A stretch of 64,000 nt of DNA, from positions 44,710 through 108,709 of the forward strand of contig CARYZD010000007.1 in assembly GCA_949106495.1 (NCBI GenBank), written 5' to 3'. Under the pieces are notes generated by a model, which worked only from the letters and a program-made list of their open reading frames with translations, did no database searches and had not been told where the DNA came from. Both the position numbers and the translations under genes were made by a program. This stretch comes from an uncultured Clostridia bacterium (GTDB lineage: Bacteria > Bacillota > Clostridia > TANB77 > CAG-465). Numbering within the stretch: the stretch's first letter is position 1; every line of letters starts with the position of its first letter. Positions 32,819 through 44,100 of the stretch are shown in pieces.

Positions 32819-33310
32819 TTATTCCTCCACTTCTAAAAACATATAGTGTTTATTATATTCTTTCATTATTTTTTCTATATTACATGGCTCAAACACCATA
32901 CTTGCAGTATTATCATTTGGATGAAAAGAAACTTTTGGTATATTTAAAATATCTTTATCTATCACAAATATAACATCTGTATCTGGTGCTTCAATAACAT
33001 TTAAAATAGATACAGAACCTGGTTTTATATGAAGTTTTTCCCATAGTTCTTCATCATTTCCAAATGAAAATCTTGCACAACCAATCTCATCTGAAATTTT
33101 TTTAAGATTTGCTCTTTTGTCTTTTGGTAATGATACAAGATAATATGTATTTGCTTTTTTATCTTTTAAAAATAAGTTTTTACATACAATACCACCACAA
33201 AAATCTATATCTTTTACTTTTTCTTCATCTGCCTTTCCAAATATAGCAGGATGTCTTACTAATTCATATTCTATATTAAGTTTTTCAAAAACATCTATTA
33301 CATCTTCCAT
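32819..33310 (-). CDS. YbaK/ProX-type aminoacyl-tRNA deacylase domain protein
   Basis: ~160 aa YbaK/ProRS-associated editing domain pattern. Confidence 0.65.
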   Translation of the reverse strand: MEDVIDVFEKLNIEYELVRHPAIFGKADEEKVKDIDFCGGIVCKNLFLKDKKANTYYLVSLPKDKRANLKKISDEIGCARFSFGNDEELWEKLHIKPGSVSILNVIEAPDTDVIFVIDKDILNIPKVSFHPNDNTASMVFEPCNIEKIMKEYNKHYMFLEVEE

Positions 33311-33411
33311 TTTATTTCATTCCTTTACAATTAATATTTTACATATATATAATACTACAAAAAGGCTTAGTTTTCAATTAAAATAAATATATTTCAAAAA
33401 CATTGTGTATA

Positions 33412-33445
33412 AAAAAACATTCTAAAAATATAGAATGTTTTTTGT
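33412..33445 (-). terminator. terminator downstream of the vanW-like gene
   Basis: aaaaacattctaaaaatatagaatgtttttt. Confidence 0.55.
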
Positions 33446-33447
33446 TT

Positions 33448-34597
33448 TTAAATTTTATATAAAGTCACTTTTAAAGTATTATGATTATATGATGTAACTA
33501 TCTTAATTGAATAATCATTACAATTTCTAAAACAAAAATCTTGTGAACCAGATGCAACAGTTGCTTCATATTTTCTTGGAACATATGTAACCGAACCAGA
33601 ATGTGGTGCTTGTGCTGTAACATTTAATCCTGTAATAATGCCTTTTTCTTTTGCAGATGCAATGGCAGCATAAGTTGTACTAGATGTTTGACATACGCCT
33701 CCACCAGAAGCTTGAGCTGTTTTACCATTACCAACAAATATAGTTGATGCCACATATATATTCTCTACACCTGCTGGGTGTATTGTTGCAAGATGAGAAT
33801 AACTCTCTCCTGGACTGACAATAGTACCATTAATATAATCTGCAGCTAAATGCATATTATATCTACTTTTTTCATTATATGTGCTAGTTGATGTATAAGT
33901 TGCTATTATATTTTCATTTGGATTTAACAAATTATTATCTTTAGATGAATAATTTGTATATTCTTCTTGAGATAATATTTTGATATATTCGCCACTTACG
34001 TACCCCTCAACTAAATTTCCTTCTACATAATACCATCCATTTGCCATCTTCTTTATTATTTTTAATACACTTCCGCTCTTTCACACTAGTAAGCATCTTA
34101 GCATTTTTATTTGCCCTTTCTCTAATATTTAAACTTGTATTAATATTTACACATGCAAATGTATTATTGTATTCTTGTTCAACTTTCATCTCATTTTTTT
34201 CTTCTTCAGATAGCATTGTTATATATTCGCCACTTACATAGCCTAAAGTACTATTAAATGATACTTTATACCAGCCATTTCTAATTTTAGCTAACACATC
34301 AATTACTGTATTATTGGGTATAGTATAAATAAGTTTTCCTTCTTTTTGTGGGCTCTCTCTAAAATTTAAATTTGCCTTACATCTTGCTTTTTCATTTTCA
34401 AAAGATTCTATCTCATCAGTCTCTTTTTGAATAACTTCAGGCTCTTTTGTCTCCTCTTTAACATTTTGTTCTGTATTAGTTGTAATATTATTAATTTCTG
34501 TTTTTGCTTTATAATTTGAAGATACTATATATCCTAAAATAGCTCCTACCAAAAATATTACAATTATACCTAAACTTAACTTTGAAACTTTTTTCAT
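33448..34597 (-). pseudogene. VanW-family protein with TM anchor and two SH3b repeats, interrupted by a +1 frameshift
   Basis: ORF 34007-34597 (TM + SH3b NGWYKV...GYVSGEYI) and ORF 33448-34047 (second SH3b NGWYYV...GYVSGEYI + VanW domain GGGVCQTSSTTY) overlap by 41 nt in different frames. The shift lies at GAAGATGGCAAATGG (~34020-34035). Confidence 0.7.
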
Positions 34598-34724
34598 ATT
34601 TATTCCTCCTTAAAATATAATTAATTTTAAGCGTTATATTCATATAGCTATTTAATTATATTACAGTTACCATAAAAAGTCAATCGTAATGTTAAAATAA
34701 TATATTTATATATGGGAAAACCCC

Positions 34725-34765
34725 ATAGCTAAATATATCCAGCTACGGGGTTTCACAAAAAAATG
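34725..34765. terminator. GC-rich bidirectional terminator hairpin
   Basis: aaaaccccatagct...agctacggggttt. Confidence 0.6.
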
Positions 34766-34802
34766 CAACATAAAGATATTTTGCACGAAAAACTACATCT
34801 CC

Positions 34803-35324
34803 TTAGATGTTCATTAAAACTGTTTCAATTGTGCTTGCCGCCTCATGAACCCTTTTGAAAACATCATCTACAGCCTTGACAATTTCTTCAATTCTTGTCA
34901 TGTCATCTGACATTTGTCGCTTGACGTTTGCATTCTGAATGCCAAAGCTTAAATGAAGCCTCTTTGCCTGCACCTTAGCCAGTTTAAGACTTGCTATAAG
35001 TTTCTTGGCAAAACCTAATAAGGTTTTAAGGCTTGATGATAATTTCTCATCTTCTGACACCTGCATATTCTTAAGCCCATTTACTAACTGCTCCATATTG
35101 TCAGCAGATTTTTTTACAGGCTCATATACACTGGTCTGAAGGTAGTGCTCAAGTTCCATAAGAACAGCCTTGTCCTCGGTGCTCTGCTGCAGAGTACTAA
35201 CCTTAACATGAATGTTTAACTCAGATACTCTGATATTTTCAAGCATCTTGTTAAACTCTTCGTTAAGCTGCTCTGCTGCCTCTTTACAGTTACTTAATTT
35301 CTGCATAGTTTTTTCATTAATCAT
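34803..35324 (-). CDS. hypothetical helical protein (173 aa) in a locally GC-enriched (about 40%) segment
   Basis: Clear ORF with its own promoter (TTGATT-17-TATAAT, 35383-35411 on minus strand) and GGAGG RBS; composition differs visibly from flanks; no recognisable motif. Confidence 0.45.
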   Translation of the reverse strand: MINEKTMQKLSNCKEAAEQLNEEFNKMLENIRVSELNIHVKVSTLQQSTEDKAVLMELEHYLQTSVYEPVKKSADNMEQLVNGLKNMQVSEDEKLSSSLKTLLGFAKKLIASLKLAKVQAKRLHLSFGIQNANVKRQMSDDMTRIEEIVKAVDDVFKRVHEAASTIETVLMNI

Positions 35325-35347
35325 TCTTCTTCCTCCATTAAATTCTT

Positions 35348-35360
35348 AAAATTCGGAATT
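35348..35360. promoter_or_regulatory. palindromic candidate operator AAAATTCGGAATT in the 5'UTR of the 173-aa gene
   Basis: Near-perfect palindrome located between the -10 and the RBS. Confidence 0.4.
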
Positions 35361-35718
35361 AACAGTTTCATAGTTATGTAATATTATACAACAATTTTAA
35401 TTGGAAATCAAGAGTTTTAATATTAATTTGCTTTTAATTAATATATTTTTTTCTAGTGTTTCTAAAGCTTTAGTGTAGTCTGATATTACTCTTAGCATAT
35501 TATAGCTCTCATCACTTCTTAAATCCTCATCTAGTTTTTCTTAATTCTTCTTCATAAATATTAGTAGGGTTAAATAGTTGACACATTTACTCTACAGTTA
35601 ATCTTCCTTCTTCAAATTTTATTTACTTATACTAATTTCCTCCTTTCTGATTTTTATTATACTGTTTATAATTATATTCGTATACATTTTATATTAAAAT
35701 TATTAGACTTTTCATCGC

Positions 35719-35733
35719 AAAATTCGGAATTTT
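35719..35733. promoter_or_regulatory. second copy of the palindrome (AAAATTCGGAATTTT)
   Basis: 15-bp perfect-arm palindrome ~370 bp upstream of copy 1, just inside the dnaJ terminator. Confidence 0.4.
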
Positions 35734-35808
35734 AATAATATTTGTGTTAAAAATAAACTAAAAAAACTTGAAGTACCACTACTCCAAGTTAATTTATTAT
35801 TTATATTC

Positions 35809-36957
35809 TTATCTTCCAAAAATGTTTTTCTTTTTTGGATTTACTTCATCACCAAATGTTTTAGCAAACTTAGTTAAAATTTCTCTTTGTTCATCATTTA
35901 ATTTTTTAGGTACATCTACATCAACAGTAAATTCTAAAGTTCCTCTTCCTTTTCCATTAAGTACAGGAATACCTTGCTCTTTTACTCTAAATTTAGTACC
36001 AGATGTTGTTCCTTCAGGAATATTAAATTCCATTTCTCCTTCAAGTGTTGGAATTTTTATATCTCCACCTAAAGCCATTTTAGCAAAAGGTACTCTAACA
36101 TTTGCTGATATATCAAAACCATTTCTTTTAAAGTACTTATGAGGTGCAACTTTCATAATAACATATAAGTCTCCATTTGGTCCGCCTTTTTTACCAGCAT
36201 CTCCCTCACCTCTAAGTGAAATTGCTTGACCATCATCAATACCTGCAGGAACATTAATCTCTATCTTTCTTGATTTTCTGATTATTCCTTTTCCTGTACA
36301 TTTTTCACATGGTGTCTCAATTACTTTTCCAGTTCCACTACATTTATCACATGTTTTTACTGTAGCAAAAGAGCCCATAATAGTATTTTGAGTTACTTGT
36401 ATTTTTCCTCTACCACCACATTTATCACATGTAATTATTTTACTTCCTGGTTTTGCACCACTTCCATTACAGCAATCACATTTTTCATTTCTTGTTATAT
36501 TTATTTCTTTCTTTACTCCAAATGCTGCTTCTTCAAATTTAAGTGATATATTAGTTTTTATATCTGCACCTCTGGTAGGACCTTGTGCTCTTTTTGAAGA
36601 TGAAAATCCACCACCAAAAACACTACCTAAGATATCTTCTAAATCAATATCCATTCCTCCAAAGCCACTAAATCCATCAAATCCATATGCCCCATTACCA
36701 TATCCGCCACCAAATCCAGCTTGTTCAAAATTAGAACCAAATCTATCATATTGTGCTCTTTTATTTTCATCAGATAATACAGAATATGCTTCATTTATTT
36801 CTTTAAATTTTGCTTCTGCATTTTTCTTATCCTCATCAGTATGTTGTGCATCAGGATGATATTGCTTAGCAAGTTTTCTGTAGGCTCTTTTAAGATCATC
36901 TGCAGTTGCATCTTTTGAAACACCTAAAATTTCATAATAATCTTTTGATTCTGCCAC
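35809..36957 (-). CDS. dnaJ: chaperone DnaJ
   Basis: J-domain HPD; G/F region; four CxxCxGxG zinc repeats. Confidence 0.97.
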   Translation of the reverse strand: MAESKDYYEILGVSKDATADDLKRAYRKLAKQYHPDAQHTDEDKKNAEAKFKEINEAYSVLSDENKRAQYDRFGSNFEQAGFGGGYGNGAYGFDGFSGFGGMDIDLEDILGSVFGGGFSSSKRAQGPTRGADIKTNISLKFEEAAFGVKKEINITRNEKCDCCNGSGAKPGSKIITCDKCGGRGKIQVTQNTIMGSFATVKTCDKCSGTGKVIETPCEKCTGKGIIRKSRKIEINVPAGIDDGQAISLRGEGDAGKKGGPNGDLYVIMKVAPHKYFKRNGFDISANVRVPFAKMALGGDIKIPTLEGEMEFNIPEGTTSGTKFRVKEQGIPVLNGKGRGTLEFTVDVDVPKKLNDEQREILTKFAKTFGDEVNPKKKNIFGR

Positions 36958-36974
36958 AAATTCTTCCCCCTATA

Positions 36975-37012
36975 CATATTGCTAAAAATATAGGGTGGTA
37001 GGATTACCACCC
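36975..37012 (-). terminator. hairpin between dnaK and dnaJ (partial terminator/attenuator)
   Basis: gggtggtaggattaccaccc followed by T-run on minus strand. Confidence 0.5.
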
Positions 37013-37034
37013 ATATATATTTTAAAAATCATAA

Positions 37035-38864
37035 TTATTTATTATCGTCTTCTACTTTATAATCTGCATCATGTACAACATTGTCTTGTGCTCCAGTATT
37101 TTCTGTATTATCTGCTGTAGCTCCTTGTTGACTAGCTTGAGAATATAATTTAGATGTTAAATCATAAAATACTTGAGTTAATTTATCTGTTGCAGATTTA
37201 ATTGCAGCTGTATCTGTTCCTTCAAGAGTTTTCTTTAAGTTTTCAAGTTCAGATTCAACTTTAGATTTTTCTTCTTCAGATACTTTTCCTTCTAGTTCTT
37301 TTAATGTTTTTTCTGTATTGTATACTAAAGAATCTGCATTATTTCTAACTTCAACTTCTTCTTTCTTTTTCTTATCTTCTGCAGCATGAGCTTCAGCTTC
37401 TTTAACAGCATTTTGAATTTCATCTTCTGTTAAGTTTGTGCTTGCAGTTATAGCTATTTTTTGTTCATTGTTTGTAGCCATATCTTTTGCAGATACATGT
37501 ACTATACCATTTGCATCAATATCAAATGTTACTTCAATTTGAGGTACTCCTCTTGGCGCTGCTGGAATTCCAGTTAAGCTAAATCTTCCAAGAGTTTTAT
37601 TGTATGATGCCATTTCTCTTTCACCTTGTAAAACGTGAACTTCAACTGATGTTTGACCATCTGCTGCTGTAGAGAATATTTGAGATTTTTTAGTTGGTAT
37701 TGTAGTATTTCTTTCGATTAATTTTGTAAATACTCCACCATAAGTTTCAATACCAAGTGATAATGGAGTTACATCAAGTAATACTAAATCTTTAACTTCT
37801 CCTGTAAGTACACCACCTTGAATAGCTGCACCCATTGCAACACATTCATCTGGATTAATTCCTTTATATGGTTCTTTTCCTGTAATTTTCTTAACTGTTT
37901 CTTGTACCATTGGAACACGAGTTGAACCACCAACAAGTAAAATTTTATCTATTTTATCAAAAGTAAGTCCAGAATCTTTTAATGCTTGGTTAACAGGTCC
38001 TACTGTTGCTTCAACTAAATCTGAAATTAACTCTTCAAATTTAGATCTTGTAAGAGTAATATCCATATGTTTTGGTCCTGTTGAGTCTGCAGTAATAAAT
38101 GGTAGATTAATTTGAGCTTGCATTACACCAGAAAGTTCGATTTTAGCTTTTTCTGCAGCTTCTTTTAATCTTTGCATTGCCATACTATCTGTAGATAAAT
38201 CTATTCCAGAATCTTTTTTAAATTCTCCTACTAAGTAATCTATAATTCTTTGGTCAAAGTCATCACCACCAAGTCTATTATTACCAGCTGTAGCCATAAC
38301 TTCAAATACGCCATCAGCAATATCTAGTATTGATACATCAAATGTACCTCCACCTAAATCATATACCATAATTTTTTGTTCTGCATCTTTATCAAAACCA
38401 TGTGCAAGAGATGCAGCAGTTGGCTCATTAACAATTCTTAATACTTCAAGACCAGCAATTCTTCCAGCATCTTTTGTTGCTTGTCTTTGAGAATCTGTAA
38501 AGTAAGCTGGAACTGTAATAACAGCTTGAGTTACTTTTTCTCCAAGATAATTTTCAGCATCTTCTTTTAATTTTTGTAGAACCATTGCTGAAATTTCTTG
38601 AGGTGTATAATCTTTATTTTCTATTTTTATTTTCTTATCAGAACCCATATCTCTTTTAATAGAAATAACTGTTCTGTCGTGGTTTGTAACCGCTTGTCTT
38701 TTTGCTACTTGACCTACTAGTCTTTCACCATTTTTTGCAAATGCAACTATTGATGGAGTTGTTCTTGCTCCTTCTGCATTTGGAATTACTGTTGGTTCAC
38801 CGTTTTCGATAACGGCAACACATGAATTTGTAGTACCTAAGTCTATACCTATAACTTTTGACAT
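37035..38864 (-). CDS. dnaK: chaperone DnaK (Hsp70)
   Basis: [18 protein letters not shown] and full-length Hsp70 similarity. Confidence 0.98.
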   Translation of the reverse strand: MSKVIGIDLGTTNSCVAVIENGEPTVIPNAEGARTTPSIVAFAKNGERLVGQVAKRQAVTNHDRTVISIKRDMGSDKKIKIENKDYTPQEISAMVLQKLKEDAENYLGEKVTQAVITVPAYFTDSQRQATKDAGRIAGLEVLRIVNEPTAASLAHGFDKDAEQKIMVYDLGGGTFDVSILDIADGVFEVMATAGNNRLGGDDFDQRIIDYLVGEFKKDSGIDLSTDSMAMQRLKEAAEKAKIELSGVMQAQINLPFITADSTGPKHMDITLTRSKFEELISDLVEATVGPVNQALKDSGLTFDKIDKILLVGGSTRVPMVQETVKKITGKEPYKGINPDECVAMGAAIQGGVLTGEVKDLVLLDVTPLSLGIETYGGVFTKLIERNTTIPTKKSQIFSTAADGQTSVEVHVLQGEREMASYNKTLGRFSLTGIPAAPRGVPQIEVTFDIDANGIVHVSAKDMATNNEQKIAITASTNLTEDEIQNAVKEAEAHAAEDKKKKEEVEVRNNADSLVYNTEKTLKELEGKVSEEEKSKVESELENLKKTLEGTDTAAIKSATDKLTQVFYDLTSKLYSQASQQGATADNTENTGAQDNVVHDADYKVEDDNK

Positions 38865-38954
38865 ATTAAATTACCTCCTAAAAATACAAAGTTACTTATA
38901 TTATTATATACTTAAGATTTGTATTAAATACTTATCTTAAGTAATTACCTTAAA

Positions 38955-39488
38955 TTAGTTTGCTACTTTAACCATAGCATGACGAATTATTTTATCGCCT
39001 ATTTTATATCCTTTTCTAAAAACTTCTGTTACCTCTTTTTCTCCATAATTTTCATCTTCTATATGCATTACTGCCTCATGAAAATTTGGGTCAAAAGTAG
39101 AATTTAAAGCTTCAATCTCCTCAACTCCTAATTTATTTAGAGTTTCCATTAATTGATTGTATATCATTACAATACCATTTTTATATGATTCATCTGCTGT
39201 TTCCGCATTTAATGCTTTATCAAAATTATCTAGTATTGGTAACAACTCTGAAATGATATTTGCTGATATTGTATTATACATCATATCTTTTTCTTTAGTT
39301 ATTCTTTTTTTAAAATTATCAAATTCTGCCATATTTCTTTTTAAGTGCTCATAATATTCATCTGACTTTTCTTTTTCTTGTTTTAGCCTAGTTTTTAAAT
39401 CTTCCAAAGATTTATTATCTTCTTTTGTTTCTTCATACTGAGTTTCCTCAATTACTTCTTCAATATTGTTATCTTCTTTCTCTCTCAC
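38955..39488 (-). CDS. grpE: nucleotide exchange factor GrpE
   Basis: Coiled-coil N-terminus and GrpE C-terminal beta domain. Confidence 0.9.
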   Translation of the reverse strand: MREKEDNNIEEVIEETQYEETKEDNKSLEDLKTRLKQEKEKSDEYYEHLKRNMAEFDNFKKRITKEKDMMYNTISANIISELLPILDNFDKALNAETADESYKNGIVMIYNQLMETLNKLGVEEIEALNSTFDPNFHEAVMHIEDENYGEKEVTEVFRKGYKIGDKIIRHAMVKVAN

Positions 39489-40523
39489 TATTATCCCCCT
39501 TTACGTCACTTATTTTATTTAACTTTAAAATATTATTAAATTTATCATTTACATATTTTAAAGTAGATATTGTTTTTGCATAATTCATTCTTTTAGGTCC
39601 TATTACAGATAATTTACCCAAATATCTATTATCCTTCTCTATATCTAAAGAGATTACAGTGTAATCATTAAGTAAAACTTCTTTATTTTCAGAACCTATA
39701 ACAATACTTAATTTATTTTCTTTACTTTTATCTAATGCAGAATCAATTATTTCTTTTGTTGATATCATATTAATAAAGTTCTTTACAGTCTCTATATCTG
39801 AAAACTCTGGATTTTCTAATATCTTTTCAACTCCACTATTTAACTTTTTCATATTCTTAGACATTTCATATTTTATACTATTAACTATTTCTTCCATAAG
39901 TCCTGAAAAAGCTTCTAAATCTTTTCTTATAACATTATTTAGCACCAAATGCAGTTCTTGAAGAGAAGTTCCTGTTAAATTTTGATTTAAAATACTAGTC
40001 ATTTGTTCTATAACACTATCTTCAACTGTATCTGTAAGCTTTGCTATGCAATCTTTTACAGTACCATTTTTAGACATCAGTATTATTAATAATAAGTTAT
40101 CTGAAATTTTAACGACCTTTATATTTTCAATTGTATCAGTATTATTTTTTGTAATAACAGTAGGAGTAGAAAGAACTTTTGATACAACATCTGCCACTTG
40201 CTCAAATATATCATCTACATCCCCAAATCCATTAATAGTACTATTTATGTAATCTATATCCATCATTGACAATTTTCTTTCTTTCATTAGATTATCTACA
40301 TAGTATCTATATCCTTTAGTAGATGGTATTCTTCCAGCAGATATATGAGGTTGTTCTAAATATCCTTCCTCTTCAAGAATTTTCATATCATTTCTTATAG
40401 TAGCACTACTATAATCCAAATGATATTTTTCTACCAAAGTTTTAGAACCAACGGGCTCAGCAGATTCAATATAATCTTCAACTACAGAAGATAGTATCTT
40501 TTTCTTTCTTTCATCTAAATTCA
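39469..40523 (-). CDS. hrcA: heat-inducible transcription repressor HrcA
   Basis: N-terminal winged helix (ILSSVVEDYIESAEPVGSKTL). Start set at MNLDERKK because the upstream ATGs lie inside CIRCE. Confidence 0.93.
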
Positions 40524-40536
40524 TACTATCACCATT

Positions 40537-40563
40537 TTTAGCACTCATCGCCATCAAGTGCTA
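40537..40563 (-). promoter_or_regulatory. CIRCE operator
   Basis: TTAGCACTT-N9-GAGTGCTAA on the minus strand (plus strand TTAGCACTC-ATCGCCATC-AAGTGCTAA). A TTGACA-17-TATAAC promoter lies immediately upstream (40565-40600). Confidence 0.92.
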
Positions 40564-40667
40564 AACACATCTATGTTATACACCCATTTTAATATAATGT
40601 CAACAATTATTTAAATAAATTTTATTAATTTTTGTGAAATTTTTATCACATAATAAGGAAATGTTTT

Positions 40668-41119
40668 TGAAGTGCATCCAAAATGTTGAACGAAAGTTAG
40701 ACAACATTTGGAGGTGCATATTTTATGTCTAAATATAGTAAAGAATTTAAAATAAGATTAGTAAATGAGTATAATATTAAAATTAATCATAAAACAGTTC
40801 AAAGATTAATGAAAATATTAGGATTAAAAAGTATCGTAAGACATAAAAGAAGATATAACTCATATAAAGAAATTAGACAAAGCATGTCTAGAAAAGGAAA
40901 TTGTTTAGACAATGCATGTGCTGAAAATTTCTTTGGAATATTAAAATCTGAATTATATTATATAAAAGAAAAAGAGTATAAAAATATAGATGAACTGAAA
41001 AAGATATAATTGAATATATAGAATATTATAATAATAAAAGGAATGAGTCCTGCAAATTACAGAACTCACTCCCTTAAGATTGCTCAATATAAAGTGTACA
41101 ACTTTTTGTGTTCACTTCA
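40668..41119 (+). mobile_element. IS3-family (IS150-like) relic, ~450 bp, internally deleted, with imperfect terminal inverted repeats
   Basis: IRL TGAAGTGCATCCAAAATGTTGAAC vs RC of right end TGAAGTGAACACAAAAAGTTGTAC. The 94-aa ORF (40725-41009) concatenates an OrfA N-terminus (MSKYSKEFK) with OrfB fragments ([16 protein letters not shown]; [25 protein letters not shown]). A further frameshifted C-terminal fragment (YYNNKRNE..SPANYRT) follows. Confidence 0.7.
40725..41009 (+). pseudogene. IS3-family transposase remnant (OrfA/OrfB fragments)
   Basis: See the mobile-element feature above. Confidence 0.7.
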
Positions 41120-41153
41120 TTTTATCCATTTCCTTCAATTTAAAATATTAAAA

Positions 41154-44100
41154 TTATTTTTTTGATTTTTTGTTTTTTACTATTACAAATACTACACCTA
41201 AAACACATACTACTGCAACGATTACAAGTGCAACTACTGCAATATCTCCTGTATTTGTTACTTCAAATATTATTGTTTCTGGTGAATTGTTATCTATTGT
41301 AAATATATATCCTGTTAAATCTTCATCTAGTTCATATCCTTCTGGAGCTTTTATTTCCATAAATTTATATGTTCCCATTGGTGCTTTTTCTATTACATAT
41401 TCTCCATTTTCACCTGTAACAGCATTTTCTACTAAATATACTGGTTCTCCTGTTTCTTTATTTACAACTATATCTCCTGTTTCTGGATTAATTAATGCAA
41501 TTGTAAATACACAGCCTTCAAGTGGGTCTCCTGTTTCAGCATCTAGTTTTCTTACTATTACCTCTCTAGTTTTTCTAATATTTGATACTTCAATTAAATC
41601 TGTTACCCATTCTCCTTCCTCATTAATTTTAGCTGTAAACTCATGTGGTGTTGTATCTATGTCATAGATATCTGGCGCTTTAATTTCAGTATATGTATAA
41701 GTTTTACCATTTTCAAACATTACAACAGGAATGTACGCTTTACCATCTTCATTTGTAACTGAATGTAATAATACATTTCCATCTAAATCTGCAATTTTAA
41801 ACATACAGTTTGGAACTACTTCTGATGTAAATATATCTGTTTTTTCTATCATTATTGTTTTTACTTCTGTTTCAATTAAAGCTTGATAAATCATTGTATT
41901 TTTACTTGCTAAATCTAAGTCTATTTCAACTACTTCTTCTGAAAGTTCATATCCTTCTGGAGCTTTAACTTCTTTTACATAGTAATGTCCTAAAGGAACT
42001 TCTTCAAGTTTAATTAGTCCTGTTTCATTTGTAACAAGGTCAGCAATTTCAAATTCTCCAGTTTCTTCATTTTTTATTCTTAATGGATTTTCACATTTTT
42101 CATCTGTATAAACTCTATATGTTGCTCCTGCAACAAATTTTACATTATTTTCTTTAAAATATTCTTTTATTTCTTCTTCTGTCATTCCTTTTATTGCACT
42201 TAATATTTCTTGTACTTTTTCGTCTAATTCTGATGTATCTATTTCATCTCCATTTAATATTATATTATCCACTGTTGTAGATGATAATTTTATTAATGTT
42301 ATTGATGCACTATCATAGTCATTTATAAATTCTTCACCTGATTTTACAACAAATTCTTGTTTTGGATTTCCATTATAGCTTAATGTATAATCCATTTGTT
42401 TTGTACTTGTTGTATAAGGATATGCAGTATAGATTTCTTCTACATAGTAATCACCTTTTGGAAGATCTATTTCACTAGTTACATTAATCTTTTCATCTTT
42501 TTGGTTATTTCCTTTTACTTCAATTAAATCTACTAAACTTCCTTTTTTAATTGCAACACTTCCAGTATAAGTTAAAATATCATTTTTAGCAAATACTCCA
42601 AATACAGCTCTTTGGTCTACAGTCTCATTATTTGAATATTTTACTTCTTCAAATACTTTAGGGAATGTTAATCCAAGTTTTTGTCTTACATCTGAGTATT
42701 CTTTTTTATGTATTTCTACTCTTTTTAATGAATTGTCATTAGTTAAAGTTACATTTGGTATTTCATCGTCTATTAAGTATCCTTCTGGAACTTTAGATTC
42801 TATAACTCTATATTCACCTAAGTATAGTTCTTTTGTTATAGCGTAACCATTTTCATCTGTAGTTATTGTATCTACTTTTTCATCTTTAGCTACATATTCT
42901 ATTCTTCCATCTGGAGACATTATTTGATTTGCTGCATATATTTCATATGTTACATTTGGAAGTCCTACAAAACTATATGTAGCAATACTTTTTTCTAAAT
43001 CTACAGTTTCACCTTCAGCTGTTTCATAACTAACATTTGCTGTTTTTACTCCTGTTATTTTTTCACCTTTTTTCTCAACGTCAAGTTGTGCTTTAAGTGG
43101 TGAATTGTATATATCTAAAACATATACTAAATCTGGGTCATTTTTATTTGGAGATGCACTTTCAATAACTCCTAATGCTTGTTTATCTACATGGATTTTT
43201 ACTCCACCTTTAGTTTCATCTCCCCAATATGCTTCATTTTCAGGTAGTCTATATTCATCATCTAAATAATATCCTTTTGGAGCTTCTATTTCATATACAA
43301 TATAGTCTCCTGCATATAACTTTTGATAAGTATAAACATATCCTTCATCATTTGTAACAAACTCATCTTTTTCTTCCCATGAAGGTGATTCATGTTGAAC
43401 TATAAATCTATTAGCTTGACAATCCCAAATTTTATATTTAGCACCTGCTAAATGAACTTCTTCTCTAGTATCTTTATCTCTTTTTACTATTTTTAAGTAC
43501 ATAGGTACTGGTTCATCTGCAACTATTCTTCTTTCAATTTGATGTTGTGAACTAATTGTCACTATTTCTGTTTGAATATAGTAATATGTATGAGTTCCAT
43601 TATTACTTGCTTGTATTTCATCTAATTCATATGTTCCATATGGTATTGTATATGGATCATCTGGATGTAATGCAACGTATTCTGGATCTTTAAATTCGCA
43701 GAATCCTTTTGAATCGATTGTTGCAGTATAAGTATTTCTAGCTTCTTCTGCAGTTCCAATAGCAGATTTTAATCTTAATCTAAGTACTGCACCTTCTGCT
43801 GCACTTTTATCTGTATCATTTTCAGTTTCATCATTACTGTTGTCATTATCATATTTTATAATGATTCCTCTACCAGTAATTATTTTATCTGTATGTTTTA
43901 ATTCATATTGTCCAGCATCTTCAGAATACATATCTCTTCCATCATTTATAATTTCAAAAGGAATTGTATCTTTAGTTTTTTCTGTCATTGTAAATCCATG
44001 TGATGGATCTATTTCAGACCATTTATTATATCCTAGTGGAGCTTTTATTTCTTTCCAATAATATTTTCCTATTGGTATTCCATCAAGCATTTTTCCTATT

